Assembly: GCA_965220965.1 (NCBI GenBank)
Contig: OZ244852.1
Location: forward strand, 864,001-928,000
DNA: 64,000 bases
Origin: Candidatus Marinacidobacterium sp.
GTDB lineage: Bacteria; Acidobacteriota; Vicinamibacteria; Marinacidobacterales; Marinacidobacteraceae
Direction: 5' to 3'
This document shows, one piece after another, positions 26,726 through 37,079 of this stretch. How positions within the stretch are numbered: the first letter of the stretch is position 1; every line of letters starts with the position of its first letter. The notes beneath the pieces are model-generated. The model was not told the origin of the DNA, searched no databases, and worked only from the letters and a program-made list of their open reading frames with translations. Position numbers and translations under genes: made by a program.

Positions 26726-29140
26726 TCAGAAGTTCAGGTCGAGTTCGATTCCGAGCGTCCTCGGGGCGCCGGCTCTCCCGAGGCGGCCGAAGCCAGGGAT
26801 CTCGGACTGCCAGGTCTGGAGCAGGTAGGGCTCGTCCAGCAGGTTCCGCGCGAAGGCGAAGAGTCCCCACGAACCGAACTGGTAGCCCAGCCGGGCGTTG
26901 ACGAGGGTGCGGCCTTCCGCGAGGAACCGGGGGTCGTTGGCCGCGGTGGCGAATGCTTCCGGCTGGGCGGTGAGTTCGGCTCTTCCGGTCCAGACGCCGC
27001 CGAAGCGGTCCTGGCTGGGCGCGCGGTAGAAGGCGCCCGCCGTTGCGGACCACGACGGGGCAAAGGGGAACTCGTTGCCGGTGAGGTCGCGCTCGCTGTC
27101 GGCGAAGGAATCGAACCGGGTCTCGAGCAGGCCCGCGGAGGCGTAGAGCTCGAGGCCTCGGACCGGGTGGTAGCCGGCTTCCAGCTCGGCCCCGGACAGC
27201 GTTGACTCCCCGGCGTTTACGGTGACGTTGTCGACCGGGAGCCCGAGCTGGGTCAGCACCCGGACCTGCTGGTCGGTCCAGTCGGTCCGGAACACGTTCG
27301 CGGCGAGCCGCCAGCGCCGGTCCGGGGCGCTGGCGCGGAGGGCGAACTCCAGGTTGTTCGTGAACTCGGGGTCGAAGTCGCTCGTCTGCGCCGAGAGCAC
27401 GGCGACCGAGCGCCCACCGGCGCGGTAGCCGCGCTGCCAGGAGACGGATGTCGAGAACGTGTCGCTCCACCGCCGGGTGAGGGCGGTCTTCGGCAGGAAC
27501 GCGCCGTAGCTCGCCGAAACGATGTCTTCGGGGCTCGTCTCGCCGGAGAGGCCGGGCAGGACCGGGTCGGAGAGCAGACCCTGGCTGTTCCTCGTCTCGC
27601 GGGTCTCGCGGTCGTAGCGGCCGCCGAGCGTCAGGATCCAGTCCCGCGCCTCGCCGAGGTTGAAGTCGAATTCGCTGTAGACGGCGTTGTTCGTCGTGGT
27701 CTCGCCGGTCAGGAAGAACGCCGTCAGGCTGAATCCCGGCGGGAGGCCGGCGAGCTCGCCAGGCCCGGCGGCGTCGGCGCGAAGGCTGTCTTCGAGATCG
27801 GCGGTGTAGACGCCGATGACGCCCCGCGTCCGTCCGCCCGGATCGACTCGCAGCCGGAGCTCGCCGGTGGTCCACCGGTCGTCGGTCTCGTAATCGAGAA
27901 CGCCTGCCGGGACCGGGGTCTGGTCCAGGTCCTCGCTCTGTCGGAACTCGTGGAAGTAGATGGTTCCGGTGGACTCGAGCGACAGCGAATCCGTCAGTTG
28001 GTAACCCAGATCGATCACGGCCGTCCGGTGCAGTGAGCCGTCCTGCGGTTCGTGATCCGAAAGGTTGAGGCGCTGTTCCGGGAAGAGATCCGCGCTGACC
28101 GTGCTGTCGCCGCCGCGGCTGTCCGACTGCGACAGCGTCACCATCCCCCGGAAGCGGGCCGTGGGATCGAAGCGCAGCTTGGCCCGCAGGTGGAGCGCCT
28201 CGCGGAAGTCGTGCGCCTCGCCGCGGGTCGGGTTCGTGACGAAGCCGTCGCTCACCTGCCGGTCCACCGAGAGGCGCAGCGCCGCGCGGTTCGTGACCAG
28301 CGGGACGTTGACCGCCGCCGCGAGCTGCTGCGAGGCGTAGTCGCCCAGACGGGCGCGCCCCCGGAACTCGGTCCGGTAGGTGGGGTCGCGGCTCGAGAGC
28401 ACGACCGCGCCGGCGAGGGCGTTCCGCCCCTGCTGGGTGGACTGCGGGCCCCGGAACACTTCCACCCGGTCGAGGTCCCAGGTGCTGTAGGGCCCGAAGA
28501 AGGTGCCCTGGTAGCCCTGGACCGCGGCCCCGTCCACCATGGTGGTGACGAGCAGGCCGCTCCCCGCGCCGAAGCCGCCCTGGCTGATGCCCCGGATCGA
28601 GAAGCCGCGACGGTCCGAGGAGGTCGTCAGGTTCGGGACGGTGGCGACGAGGTCGTAGAGGTCGGTGTCGGTCGCGGTGGCGAGGCGGTCGCGGTCGAGC
28701 ACCGCGACGCTTCCCGGCTCGTCACGCAGCGGCCGCTCCTGGATCTGCCCGGTCACCGAGATCTCCTCGGAGAACGCGAGCGACAGGGGAATGCGGATCC
28801 GGACTTCGCCGCCGGCGCCGACGTCGATCTCCACCGTGCGCTCGGCGAAGCCCTCGCGGCGAACCGTGAGCCGGTGTTCGCCCTCGGGGAGGGTGTCGAA
28901 CCGGAAGAGGCCGGCGGCTTCGCTCGTCGTCAGTCGGGTCGTGCCGTCGGCGAGGGTGAGCATGACCTCGGCCCCGGCGACCGCGCCGCCCTCGGGACCC
29001 ACGACCTCGCCGATGATCTCGTTGATCGCGAGGGGAGGCGCCGCCGCCACGCTCCACGGCAGGAGCAGACACGCGGCGGCGGCGAGGATCCGCCGGCGGA
29101 ACCGGGGTTGCGGGGCGAGGGAAGTCGTCGGCTCGGCCAT
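26726..29140 (-). CDS. TonB-dependent receptor with N-terminal carboxypeptidase-regulatory-like domain
   Basis: Start MAEPTT at 29140 with signal peptide; plug motifs FSIRGI and DLDRVEVFRGPQST..GRNALAGAV; RNLLDE.Y; terminal Phe (ELDLNF). Confidence 0.9.
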   Translation of the reverse strand: MAEPTTSLAPQPRFRRRILAAAACLLLPWSVAAAPPLAINEIIGEVVGPEGGAVAGAEVMLTLADGTTRLTTSEAAGLFRFDTLPEGEHRLTVRREGFAERTVEIDVGAGGEVRIRIPLSLAFSEEISVTGQIQERPLRDEPGSVAVLDRDRLATATDTDLYDLVATVPNLTTSSDRRGFSIRGISQGGFGAGSGLLVTTMVDGAAVQGYQGTFFGPYSTWDLDRVEVFRGPQSTQQGRNALAGAVVLSSRDPTYRTEFRGRARLGDYASQQLAAAVNVPLVTNRAALRLSVDRQVSDGFVTNPTRGEAHDFREALHLRAKLRFDPTARFRGMVTLSQSDSRGGDSTVSADLFPEQRLNLSDHEPQDGSLHRTAVIDLGYQLTDSLSLESTGTIYFHEFRQSEDLDQTPVPAGVLDYETDDRWTTGELRLRVDPGGRTRGVIGVYTADLEDSLRADAAGPGELAGLPPGFSLTAFFLTGETTTNNAVYSEFDFNLGEARDWILTLGGRYDRETRETRNSQGLLSDPVLPGLSGETSPEDIVSASYGAFLPKTALTRRWSDTFSTSVSWQRGYRAGGRSVAVLSAQTSDFDPEFTNNLEFALRASAPDRRWRLAANVFRTDWTDQQVRVLTQLGLPVDNVTVNAGESTLSGAELEAGYHPVRGLELYASAGLLETRFDSFADSERDLTGNEFPFAPSWSATAGAFYRAPSQDRFGGVWTGRAELTAQPEAFATAANDPRFLAEGRTLVNARLGYQFGSWGLFAFARNLLDEPYLLQTWQSEIPGFGRLGRAGAPRTLGIELDLNF

Positions 29141-29148
29141 GAACGGGA

Positions 29149-29180
29149 ACGATAAACGGCCGGAACCGGCCCGGTAGAAT
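29149..29180. promoter_or_regulatory. Divergent -10 boxes for the TonB receptor (TATCGT, minus) and coxG (TAGAAT, plus)
   Basis: 8 nt before ATG 29140 and 6 nt before GTG 29187, within a 46-nt intergenic gap. Confidence 0.6.
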
Positions 29181-29186
29181 CGCGCC

Positions 29187-29642
29187 GTGGAAATCAGTGG
29201 CACAGAGATCATCCGGCTCCCCCGGGCCGACGTGTGGAAGAGCATCACCGACGCCGATCTGGTGGCGTCCTGCATGCCGGGCGTCGAGTCCATGAAGACG
29301 CTGGAGCCGAACAAGCGGTTCGAGGTCGTCGGCGGGGTCAAGCTGGGGGCCGCGGGGGTGAAGGCGAAGACCCGGCTGGAGTGGGTCGAGCTGGTCGAGC
29401 CCGAAATGGCCCGGATGTCGCTCCACGGGGCCGGTCCGGGCGTCACCATCGACGGGAGCACGGATCTTCGGCTCCGCGACGTGGACGAGGGCACCGCCCT
29501 CGACTGGACGGCGAACGTCACGGTGCGCGGCACGGTGGCGATGCTCGCCGGGCGACTCATGAAGCCGGTCATGGAGAAGATGAACCGGGAGTTCTTCGCC
29601 CGCATCAAGGAAAAGATCGAACCCGACGGCGCAGCCTCCTGA
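29187..29642 (+). CDS. coxG: CoxG/SRPBCC family protein
   Basis: VWKSITD...VASCMPGVES, V.VRGTVAMLAGRLM, FF. A cox cluster lies 3.6 kb downstream. Confidence 0.82.
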   Translation: MEISGTEIIRLPRADVWKSITDADLVASCMPGVESMKTLEPNKRFEVVGGVKLGAAGVKAKTRLEWVELVEPEMARMSLHGAGPGVTIDGSTDLRLRDVDEGTALDWTANVTVRGTVAMLAGRLMKPVMEKMNREFFARIKEKIEPDGAAS

Positions 29643-29704
29643 GGCCGCCCCTTCGGGCTGACACGGGGCCGCGGGCTTTCGCCCGGCGGCCGGGAGGAAA
29701 CGGG

Positions 29705-30919
29705 ATGAACCTGAAGATCTGGCGCACCGCCGCCCTGGCGGCGCTTTGCGGGCTCGTCGCCGCGCTCGCGTGGGCGCAGCCCACCTACTTTCCCGAGCGC
29801 CACGAATGGGGGACGCAGACCCCCGAGGAGGCGGGCTTCGACGCCGCGGCGCTCCAGGAGGCCGTCGACTTCGCGGTGGCGTCCGAATCGGGCGCCCCGA
29901 GGGATCTCGCGCTGAACCACGAACTCACCTTCGGGAGCGAGCCCTTCGGCAGCCGGGTCGGCCCGACGACGGTCCGCGGCGCGCTCAGCGGGATGGTCGT
30001 TCGCGACGGCTACATCGTTCAGGAATGGGGTCCGGTCCACAAGGTGGACATGACGTTCAGCGTCTCGAAGACCTTCCTGTCGACCGCGGTGGGGCTGCTC
30101 TACGACGACGGCCTGATCGCCTCGGTGGACGACCGGGTCGGCCCCTACATGCCCGATGACGAACTCTTCGGCTCGGACCACAACGCCCCGATCACCTGGG
30201 ACCACCTGCTCCGGCAGACCAGCGACTGGCAGGGGACGCTGTGGGGGAAGCCCGACTGGGCCGACCGGCCGGTCGGAGACCACCCCTTCGAGTATCCCGA
30301 CCGGCCGATGCACCCGCCCGGAACCTTCTACAAGTACAACGATGTTCGGGTGAACCTGCTGGCGCTGGCCGCCCTCCACGTCGTGCGGGATCCGCTTCCG
30401 GTCCTGCTCCGGGAGCGCATCATGAACCCGATCGGGGCCTCGAGCCGGTGGCGCTGGCACGGCTACGAGAACTCGTGGATCATGATCGACGGCCGCAACG
30501 TCCAGTCGGTGAGCGGCGGCGGCCACTGGGGCGGGGGCATGCACATCAGCGCCCGCGACCTCGCGCGCTTCGGGCTTCTCTTCCTGCGGAACGGAAGCTG
30601 GAACGGCGAGCAACTCCTCTCCGAGGACTGGATCGCGATGGCCCGGACGCCGGGCGACGTGAACCCGTCCTACGGCTACATGAACTGGTTCCTGAACGGT
30701 CCGGTGGAGCGGAACGGCGAGATGGTCAAGTCCATCCCGGCGGCGCCGGACACCGCGGTGACCTTCCGCGGCGCCGGGAGCAACATCGTCTACGTGGACT
30801 GGGAGAACGACCTCGTGGTCGTGGTGCGCTGGATCCAGGGGGGCGCGGTCTCCGAGTTCATCGGGAAGGTCCTCGCGGCGCTCGATGACGCGCAGCCGAC
30901 GGACTCCGCCGGACGATGA
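29705..30919 (+). CDS. Secreted serine hydrolase (beta-lactamase class C-like / NylB family)
   Basis: GGGAGG RBS then ATG 29705; signal peptide; SxxK (FSVSKT), ITWDHLL, PGTFYKYND, ARDLARFG. Confidence 0.85.
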   Translation: MNLKIWRTAALAALCGLVAALAWAQPTYFPERHEWGTQTPEEAGFDAAALQEAVDFAVASESGAPRDLALNHELTFGSEPFGSRVGPTTVRGALSGMVVRDGYIVQEWGPVHKVDMTFSVSKTFLSTAVGLLYDDGLIASVDDRVGPYMPDDELFGSDHNAPITWDHLLRQTSDWQGTLWGKPDWADRPVGDHPFEYPDRPMHPPGTFYKYNDVRVNLLALAALHVVRDPLPVLLRERIMNPIGASSRWRWHGYENSWIMIDGRNVQSVSGGGHWGGGMHISARDLARFGLLFLRNGSWNGEQLLSEDWIAMARTPGDVNPSYGYMNWFLNGPVERNGEMVKSIPAAPDTAVTFRGAGSNIVYVDWENDLVVVVRWIQGGAVSEFIGKVLAALDDAQPTDSAGR

Positions 30920-30951
30920 GCCTTCACCCTGCTCGCAGGAAGGACTCCCTG

Positions 30952-31986
30952 ATGACCCGCGTTCCGGTCACCGTCGCCATCGCCGCGCTCGCGCTGGCCG
31001 CCCTCGCCGGTTGCGGCGCGCCGCCCGCCGAAGCGCCACCGCCGGCGCCGGCCGAACCGGCCCTCCCGACGCCCGACTTCACGCTCCCGGCGGACAACAC
31101 CCATAACCGCTGGAGCGCGACGATCCCACCGGTCCTGACCGTGCCGTCGGGGGCGGTCGTCGAGATCCACACCAAGGAAGCCTCCGACGGGCAGATCACG
31201 CCGGAGACGACCGCCGACGACCTGGCGTCCGTCGACTTCGACCTGATCCACGCGCTCACCGGCCCGATCCGGGTCGAGGGCGCCCAGCCGGGTGACCTGC
31301 TGGCGGTCACGATCCACGAGGTCGAGGTCACCGGCTGGGGCTGGGCCACGATCCTGCCCGGGTTCGGGTTCCTCGCCGACGAGTTCACTGAGCCCTGGAT
31401 CCGCGGCTTCGAGCTCGGTCCGGGATCCACCGAAGCGGCCTTCAACGACCAGATCAGCATCCCGCTCTCGCCGTTCCCGGGCGTGCTCGGTGTCGCGCCG
31501 GCGACCGACGAGATGCTCGTCACGATCCCGCCCCGTGAGAACGGCGGCAACATGGACAACCGCTACATGAAGGCGGGGACCACGGTCTACCTGCCGGTCC
31601 AGGTCGAGGGGGCGAATTTCTCCGTCGGGGACGCCCACGCGATGCAGGGCGACGGCGAGGTCTCCGGGACCGCGATCGAGGTCCCGACCCGCATCCTGCT
31701 GACCCTCGAAGTGATGGAGAACCCTCGGGGGATCACCGAGGCCGAATACGAGACCGACGAGTACTACGGGACGACCGGGTTCGCGACGACGATCGACGAG
31801 GCGGCCAGGAAGGCCACCCGGGCGATGATCGGCTACCTGGTGGCGGAGCGCGGCGTCACGCCGGAGGAGGCCTACGTGCTCGCCTCGCTCGCCGGGGACC
31901 TGAAGATCTCCGAGACAGTCGACGTGCCCCACATGCTCGTCAGCATGCACATGCCCAAGTCGATCTTCGGGGCTGGCGGGGAGTAG
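30952..31986 (+). CDS. Acetamidase/formamidase family lipoprotein
   Basis: Lipobox LAGC; HNRWS..IPPVL.V.SG, HALTGPI.VEGAQPGD, NGGNMD, GDAHAMQGDGEVSGTAIE. Alternative start at 30916. Confidence 0.87.
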   Translation: MTRVPVTVAIAALALAALAGCGAPPAEAPPPAPAEPALPTPDFTLPADNTHNRWSATIPPVLTVPSGAVVEIHTKEASDGQITPETTADDLASVDFDLIHALTGPIRVEGAQPGDLLAVTIHEVEVTGWGWATILPGFGFLADEFTEPWIRGFELGPGSTEAAFNDQISIPLSPFPGVLGVAPATDEMLVTIPPRENGGNMDNRYMKAGTTVYLPVQVEGANFSVGDAHAMQGDGEVSGTAIEVPTRILLTLEVMENPRGITEAEYETDEYYGTTGFATTIDEAARKATRAMIGYLVAERGVTPEEAYVLASLAGDLKISETVDVPHMLVSMHMPKSIFGAGGE

Positions 31987-32070
31987 GACGGGGAGACGGG
32001 CCGGCCGGCCCGGCGGGCCGACTCCCGATCCATCGGGCGCGGCCCGCGGGCCGCTCCCCGGTCGGTCGCC

Positions 32071-33054
32071 CTACCGGCCGCCCTCGTCGCTCGTCTCGTC
32101 GGGGGCGGCATAGTAGCCCTTGCGGGTGCGGGCGATGAGGTCGTCGCGGTCCCGGATCCGGACCTCGATGGAGCGCCAGCCGCCTTCCTTGCGGTCGCGC
32201 GAGGGGAGGTACGCGAGCTGGTACTGCCGGTGGAGCTCGTGCTGGATCTGCCGGAAGTGGCGGGAGAGATCCTCGATCTCCTCGGGATAGAACGACCGCC
32301 CGCCGCTCTGCTCCGCCACCGCGTCGAGGAACGGCCGGTTCAGCTTCCCGCCGCCCTCCGGACTCCAGCCGGTGTAGCCGACGGTGTAGATGGCGCCTTC
32401 CGAGAGCCGCGCGCCTTCGAGCGCCTGCTCGCGGGTGCTGACGCTGCCCTTGGCGTCGGGCCCCGAGTCCTCGCCGTCGGACACCAGGATCAGCGCCTTG
32501 CGCTCCTCGACCCGGGAGAGCTCCTGCAGCCCGGTCAGGATCGCGTCGTAGAGCGCGGTCCGGCCGAAGGGCCGCATGGCCCGGATCATGGACACCTGGT
32601 CCCAGATCTCCTGGTCGTAGGGCGGGCCGAAGCGGACGCCCTCGCTGAACGTGGCGACCCGGCCCTTGTCGTCGCTGGCCATGTTCCGCAGGAAGAGGTA
32701 GGCGGCGGTCTGGATCGCCGAGAGGCTGGAGCGCACCGAGGCCGAGGAGTCGAGCAGCAGCAGGCTGGTCACCGGCGTCAGCTCGGCGGTGAAGTAGCGG
32801 ATGTCCTGCTCGACGCCGTCCTCGAGGATCTGGAAGTCGGCCTGCTCGAGCCCGGTCACGAAGCGGCCCCGGCGGTCCTCGACGACGACGTCCAGCGTGA
32901 CGCTCGGGACCCGCACCATGAAACTGAACCGGTCGCCCAGGGTGGCTTCCCGGGCGGTCTGGCCCTCGGGGGGCTGCGGCGGCTGCGCGGCGAGGGCGGT
33001 CTTCGCCCACACTCCGGGCGGGACGAGGAACAGGAGGAGAAGGGCGAAACGCAT
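32071..33054 (-). CDS. VWA domain protein, acidobacterial VWFA-related type
   Basis: Signal peptide from ATG 33054; V.V.DRRGRFVTGL...DFQILEDGVEQ.I..F, LLLDSSASV, TALYDAI, SDGED, QYQLAY.P, RTRKGYY. Confidence 0.87.
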   Translation of the reverse strand: MRFALLLLFLVPPGVWAKTALAAQPPQPPEGQTAREATLGDRFSFMVRVPSVTLDVVVEDRRGRFVTGLEQADFQILEDGVEQDIRYFTAELTPVTSLLLLDSSASVRSSLSAIQTAAYLFLRNMASDDKGRVATFSEGVRFGPPYDQEIWDQVSMIRAMRPFGRTALYDAILTGLQELSRVEERKALILVSDGEDSGPDAKGSVSTREQALEGARLSEGAIYTVGYTGWSPEGGGKLNRPFLDAVAEQSGGRSFYPEEIEDLSRHFRQIQHELHRQYQLAYLPSRDRKEGGWRSIEVRIRDRDDLIARTRKGYYAAPDETSDEGGR

Positions 33055-33231
33055 GGAGAACCGCTGTTCCGGGAGTCTAGGTTTCCGCGGCGCGCTCCGT
33101 CGAACGCGTTTCCCTCGTTCGGGGATGCGCCTCGACCGCCCCGGGTGTTCGGCGGCCGGGCAATGCGTTACGCTCGCCTCTCCGGGGTCGGGCCCCTTCG
33201 GGTGGCGTCCGCCCCGCCAGGAGGTTGTCCC

Positions 33232-33702
33232 ATGAGCCACCGCGTCCGTCTCAAGGTGAACGGCGAGACCCGGGAAGTCGATGCCGAACCCCGGCTGCTG
33301 CTCTGTCACGTGCTGCGCGACGAGCTGGGCCTCACGGGCACGAACATCGGCTGCGACACGTCGCAGTGCGGGTCCTGCACGGTCCTGCTCGACGGCAAGG
33401 CGGTGAAGTCGTGCACCGTGCTCGGGGTCCAGGCGGACGGCTGCGAGGTGACGACGATCGAGGGCCTCGCCGGCGATAACGGCCTCCATCCGATCCAGCA
33501 GGCCTTCTGGGACAACCACGGCCTCCAGTGCGGGTTCTGCACGCCGGGGATGATCCTGACCGCGGTGGAGATCCTCGACCGGAATCCGGAGGCCAGTGAC
33601 GCCGAGGTCCGCCACGGCCTCGAGGGGAACATGTGCCGGTGCACCGGCTACGAGAACATCGTGAAGTCGATCGTCGCGGCGGGGGCCCGCGAGGGGGCCT
33701 GA
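33232..33702 (+). CDS. coxS: Molybdo-hydroxylase small [2Fe-2S] subunit (CoxS/CutS)
   Basis: AGGAGG RBS; GCDTSQCGSCTV, KSC, QCGFCTPG, NMCRCTGY. Confidence 0.92.
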   Translation: MSHRVRLKVNGETREVDAEPRLLLCHVLRDELGLTGTNIGCDTSQCGSCTVLLDGKAVKSCTVLGVQADGCEVTTIEGLAGDNGLHPIQQAFWDNHGLQCGFCTPGMILTAVEILDRNPEASDAEVRHGLEGNMCRCTGYENIVKSIVAAGAREGA

Positions 33703-33772
33703 CCCGCCGGGCGAGGCCGCAGAACGGGGAGCATCCGGACCGGGATTACGAGGGAGCACGAGGAGAACGAAG

Positions 33773-36136
33773 ATGGGCCGTTATGTAGGGAACTCGGTGA
33801 AGCGGCGGGAGGACCCCCGCTTCATCCAGGGCAAGGGCCGCTACGTGGCCAACCTCCAGATGCCGGGCATGGTTCACGTCGCGGTGAAGCGGAGCCCGCA
33901 CCCGCACGCCCGGATCACCGGGATCGATGCTTCGGCGGCGCTCGCGATGCACGGGGTGCTCGCCGTCTTCACCGGAGCGGACTTCAAGGAAGGCGGCTGT
34001 GGGGCGCTGCCCTGCGGCTGGCAGGTGCCGGGCACGAAGGTTCCCGAGCGCCTGGTGGTCGTCACCGACCGCGTGATGCACGTGGGCGACTCGGTGGCGG
34101 TCGTCGTGGCCGAGGACCCCTACGTGGCGACCGATGCGGTCGAGGCGATCGAGGTGGGCTACGAGCCGCTCCCGGCGGTCGTGGACGCCCGCGGAACGAC
34201 CGCTGCCGATGCGCCCCGGCTCTTCGGGGAGATCGACGCGAACACCTCGTACGACTGGGAGCTCGGCGACCGCGAAGCCTGTGACCAGGCGTTCGCCGAG
34301 GCCGACGAGACCGTCGAGCTCGAACTGGTGAACCAGCGGCTCATCCCGACGGCGATGGAGCCGCGCGCGGCCGCCGCGCAGTGGGACGCCGCCTCGGAAG
34401 AGATGACGGTCTGGACGACGAGCCAGAACCCGCACCCGATCCGCCTGCTGCTCTCCGCCTTCACGCTCGGCATCCCCGAGAGCAAGCTCCGGGTCATCTC
34501 TCCGGACGTGGGCGGCGGCTTCGGGAGCAAGATCTTCCACTACCCGGAAGAGGTCATCGTCCCCTGGGTCGCCCGGAAGCTCGGGCGTCCGGCGAAGTGG
34601 GTCGCGACGCGCACCGAGAGCCAGATGACCGACTCGCACGGGCGCGACCACGTGACCGTGGCCCGGCTGGCGATGAAGAGCGACGGGACCTTCACCGGGC
34701 TGGATGTCGAGACCTGGGCCAACCAGGGCGCTTACCTCTCGACCTTCGCGCCGCTCATCCCGACGGCGCTCTACATCACCTTGCTCGCCGGCAACTACCG
34801 CGCGAAGGGGGTCTACGGCAAGGTCCACGGCACGCTCACCAACACCGTCCCGGTGGACGCCTACCGGGGGGCCGGACGGCCGGAGGCCGCCTACCTGATC
34901 GAGCGGCTGGTGGATCTGGCCGCCGCCCGGCTGGGGCGCGATCCGCTCGACCTGCGCCGCCAGAACGCCATCCGCAAGGAGGAGTTCCCGTACCAGACGC
35001 CGGTGGCGTTCTGCTACGACAGCGGCGACTACGAGCGGCTCATGGCGAAGGCGGCCGACAACGCCGGATACGACGCGATGCGGAAGGCGCAGGCGGAAGC
35101 CCGCGCCGAGGGCCGGCTCCGCGGCGTCGGGGTCGTGTGCTGCATCGAGGCGAGCGGCCCCGCGCCCTCCGCGGTCGCCGGCTCGCTAGGCTCGGCCGTC
35201 GGGTTCTGGGAGAGCGGCGAGGTCCGCGTCCATCCGAGCGGGCAGGTGAGCGTCTTCACCGGGTCCCACACCCACGGGCAGGGGCACGAGACGACCCTCG
35301 CGCAGGTGGTGGCCGATGAACTCGGGGTCCCGCTGGAGAGCGTCGAGGTCGTCCACGGCGACACCGGCCGCATCAACTTCGGGATGGGCACCTACGGCAG
35401 CCGGAGCGCCTGCGTCGGCGGTTCGGCGCTCGTCCGGAGCGCCGAGAAGGTCCGCGCCAAGGTCCTGAAGATCGGCGCCCATCTCCTCGAGGCGGCGGAA
35501 GAGGATGTGGTCTACGACCGGGACACCGGCCGCGTCCACGTCCGCGGTTCGGAGGAGCGGGGCAAGGACTTCGGGGAGATCGCGTTCGCGGCCTACACCG
35601 CGCACAACATGCCGGAGGGCGTCGAGCCGGGGCTCGACTTCACGAGCTTCTATGACCCGTCCAACTTCACCTTCCCGGCGAGCTCGCACATCTGCGAGGT
35701 CGAGGTCTGCCCCGACACCTGGGAGGTGAAGATCCTCCGCTACGTGGCGGTGGACGATGTGGGCAAGGTGATCAACCCGATGATCGTCGAGGGCCAGATC
35801 CAAGGCGGCGTCGTCCAGGGCGTGGGCCAGGCGCTCACCGAAACCGGGGTCTACTCCGACGACGGAGGTCTCCTGTCCGGGACGCTTCTCGAATACGCCG
35901 TGCCGCGGGCCGACCTGCTGCCCGGCATCGAGGTCGACCGGATCGAGACCCCCTCGCCGCACAACCCGCTCGGCGTCAAGGGCGCCGGCGAGATGGGCAC
36001 GATCGCGGCCACCCCGGTGGTCGCGAACGCCGTCATGGACGCGCTGCGGCCCCTCGGAGTGGACCATCTGGAGCTGCCGCTGACGCCGGAGCGCATCTGG
36101 CGCGCGGTGCGGGAGGCGAGAGCCCGGGCCGCCTGA
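33773..36136 (+). CDS. coxL: Xanthine dehydrogenase family Mo-binding large subunit, form II CoxL-like
   Basis: KRREDPRF..G.G.YV, GGGFGSK, AYRGAGRPEA (form II signature, not form I AYxCSFR), HGQGHETT, GTYGSRS, KGAGEMG. Confidence 0.92.
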   Translation: MGRYVGNSVKRREDPRFIQGKGRYVANLQMPGMVHVAVKRSPHPHARITGIDASAALAMHGVLAVFTGADFKEGGCGALPCGWQVPGTKVPERLVVVTDRVMHVGDSVAVVVAEDPYVATDAVEAIEVGYEPLPAVVDARGTTAADAPRLFGEIDANTSYDWELGDREACDQAFAEADETVELELVNQRLIPTAMEPRAAAAQWDAASEEMTVWTTSQNPHPIRLLLSAFTLGIPESKLRVISPDVGGGFGSKIFHYPEEVIVPWVARKLGRPAKWVATRTESQMTDSHGRDHVTVARLAMKSDGTFTGLDVETWANQGAYLSTFAPLIPTALYITLLAGNYRAKGVYGKVHGTLTNTVPVDAYRGAGRPEAAYLIERLVDLAAARLGRDPLDLRRQNAIRKEEFPYQTPVAFCYDSGDYERLMAKAADNAGYDAMRKAQAEARAEGRLRGVGVVCCIEASGPAPSAVAGSLGSAVGFWESGEVRVHPSGQVSVFTGSHTHGQGHETTLAQVVADELGVPLESVEVVHGDTGRINFGMGTYGSRSACVGGSALVRSAEKVRAKVLKIGAHLLEAAEEDVVYDRDTGRVHVRGSEERGKDFGEIAFAAYTAHNMPEGVEPGLDFTSFYDPSNFTFPASSHICEVEVCPDTWEVKILRYVAVDDVGKVINPMIVEGQIQGGVVQGVGQALTETGVYSDDGGLLSGTLLEYAVPRADLLPGIEVDRIETPSPHNPLGVKGAGEMGTIAATPVVANAVMDALRPLGVDHLELPLTPERIWRAVREARARAA

Positions 36137-36185
36137 GCCGGAGACCGGAGCAACACGAGCCAGAGACGAGACCAGGGAGAACCCG

Positions 36186-37040
36186 ATGTATCCGAGCCGA
36201 TTCGATTACCACCGCGCCGCCACCCTCGAGGAAGCCATCGAGCTCCTCGGCTCGATCGACGGCGCGAAGCTCGTGTCCGGCGGGCACAGCCTGATCCCGG
36301 CGATGAAGCTCCGGGTGGCGCAGCCGGCGGCGCTCGTGGACATCGGGCGGATCGCGGGCCTGTCGGGCATCCGCTCCGGCGATGGACAGCTCGTCATCGG
36401 CGCGCTGACCACCCACAGCGAAGTCGCGGGCTCTCAGGCGGTGCGCGATGCCTGTCCCGGTCTCGCGGAGGCGGCGGGCGCCATCGGCGATATCCAGGTG
36501 CGGAACCGCGGGACCATCGGCGGCAGCCTCGCCCACAACGACCCGGGCGCCGACTACCCGGCGACCATGCTCGCGCTCGGCGCCGAGGTCACCGCCGTCG
36601 GGAAGAACGGATCCCGCACGATCGCGGCGTCGGACCTGTTCGTGGATCTGTTCACGACATCGCTCGACGATTCGGAAGTCCTCACCGAGGTCCGGATCCC
36701 GGCCGCTGCGGGCTCGGCCTACGAGAAGCACCGTCATCCGGCGTCCAGCTACGCGGTGGTCGGAGTCGCCGCCCGCGTCGCCACCGCAGGCGGCCAGGTC
36801 ACCGATTGCGCGGTGGGCGTGAACGGCGTGACCGGCTGCGCGGTGCTGGCCGGCGGGGTGTCCGGGGCGCTGATGGGCGGCCCGGCTTCGGAAGAGCGGA
36901 TCCGCGCGGCCGCGGCCCGGGTCGGAGAGAGCCTCGGGGGCGCGGTCGGCGACCTCTACGCCTCGGCCGAGTTCCGGGTCCATCTCGCCGAGGTCCACGT
37001 GCGCCGCGCGCTCGCGCGGGCGGCGGGACGCGCCGGCTGA
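36186..37040 (+). CDS. coxM: FAD-binding medium subunit (CoxM/CutM)
   Basis: MYPSRFDYHRA, SGGHSLIP.MKLR, IGD.QVRNRGTIGGSLAHNDP.AD.P. Confidence 0.92.
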   Translation: MYPSRFDYHRAATLEEAIELLGSIDGAKLVSGGHSLIPAMKLRVAQPAALVDIGRIAGLSGIRSGDGQLVIGALTTHSEVAGSQAVRDACPGLAEAAGAIGDIQVRNRGTIGGSLAHNDPGADYPATMLALGAEVTAVGKNGSRTIAASDLFVDLFTTSLDDSEVLTEVRIPAAAGSAYEKHRHPASSYAVVGVAARVATAGGQVTDCAVGVNGVTGCAVLAGGVSGALMGGPASEERIRAAAARVGESLGGAVGDLYASAEFRVHLAEVHVRRALARAAGRAG

Positions 37041-37079
37041 TCCTGCCGACTGTCCGCATCGTCCCTGTCTGACGCCGTC

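Noticed and set aside
29645-29691. Two GC hairpins between coxG and the serine hydrolase
   Set aside because: No U tract or riboswitch consensus; such stems arise easily at this GC content.
29141-30613. Upstream extensions of the TonB, VWA, pyk, CBS and ETF-QO ORFs in the ORF track
   Set aside because: They overlap other real genes; homology, signal peptides and promoter spacing support the shorter starts given.
33773-36136. Bona fide aerobic CO dehydrogenase (form I)
   Set aside because: The active-site loop is AYRGAGR and the order is S-L-M, so CO oxidation cannot be claimed.
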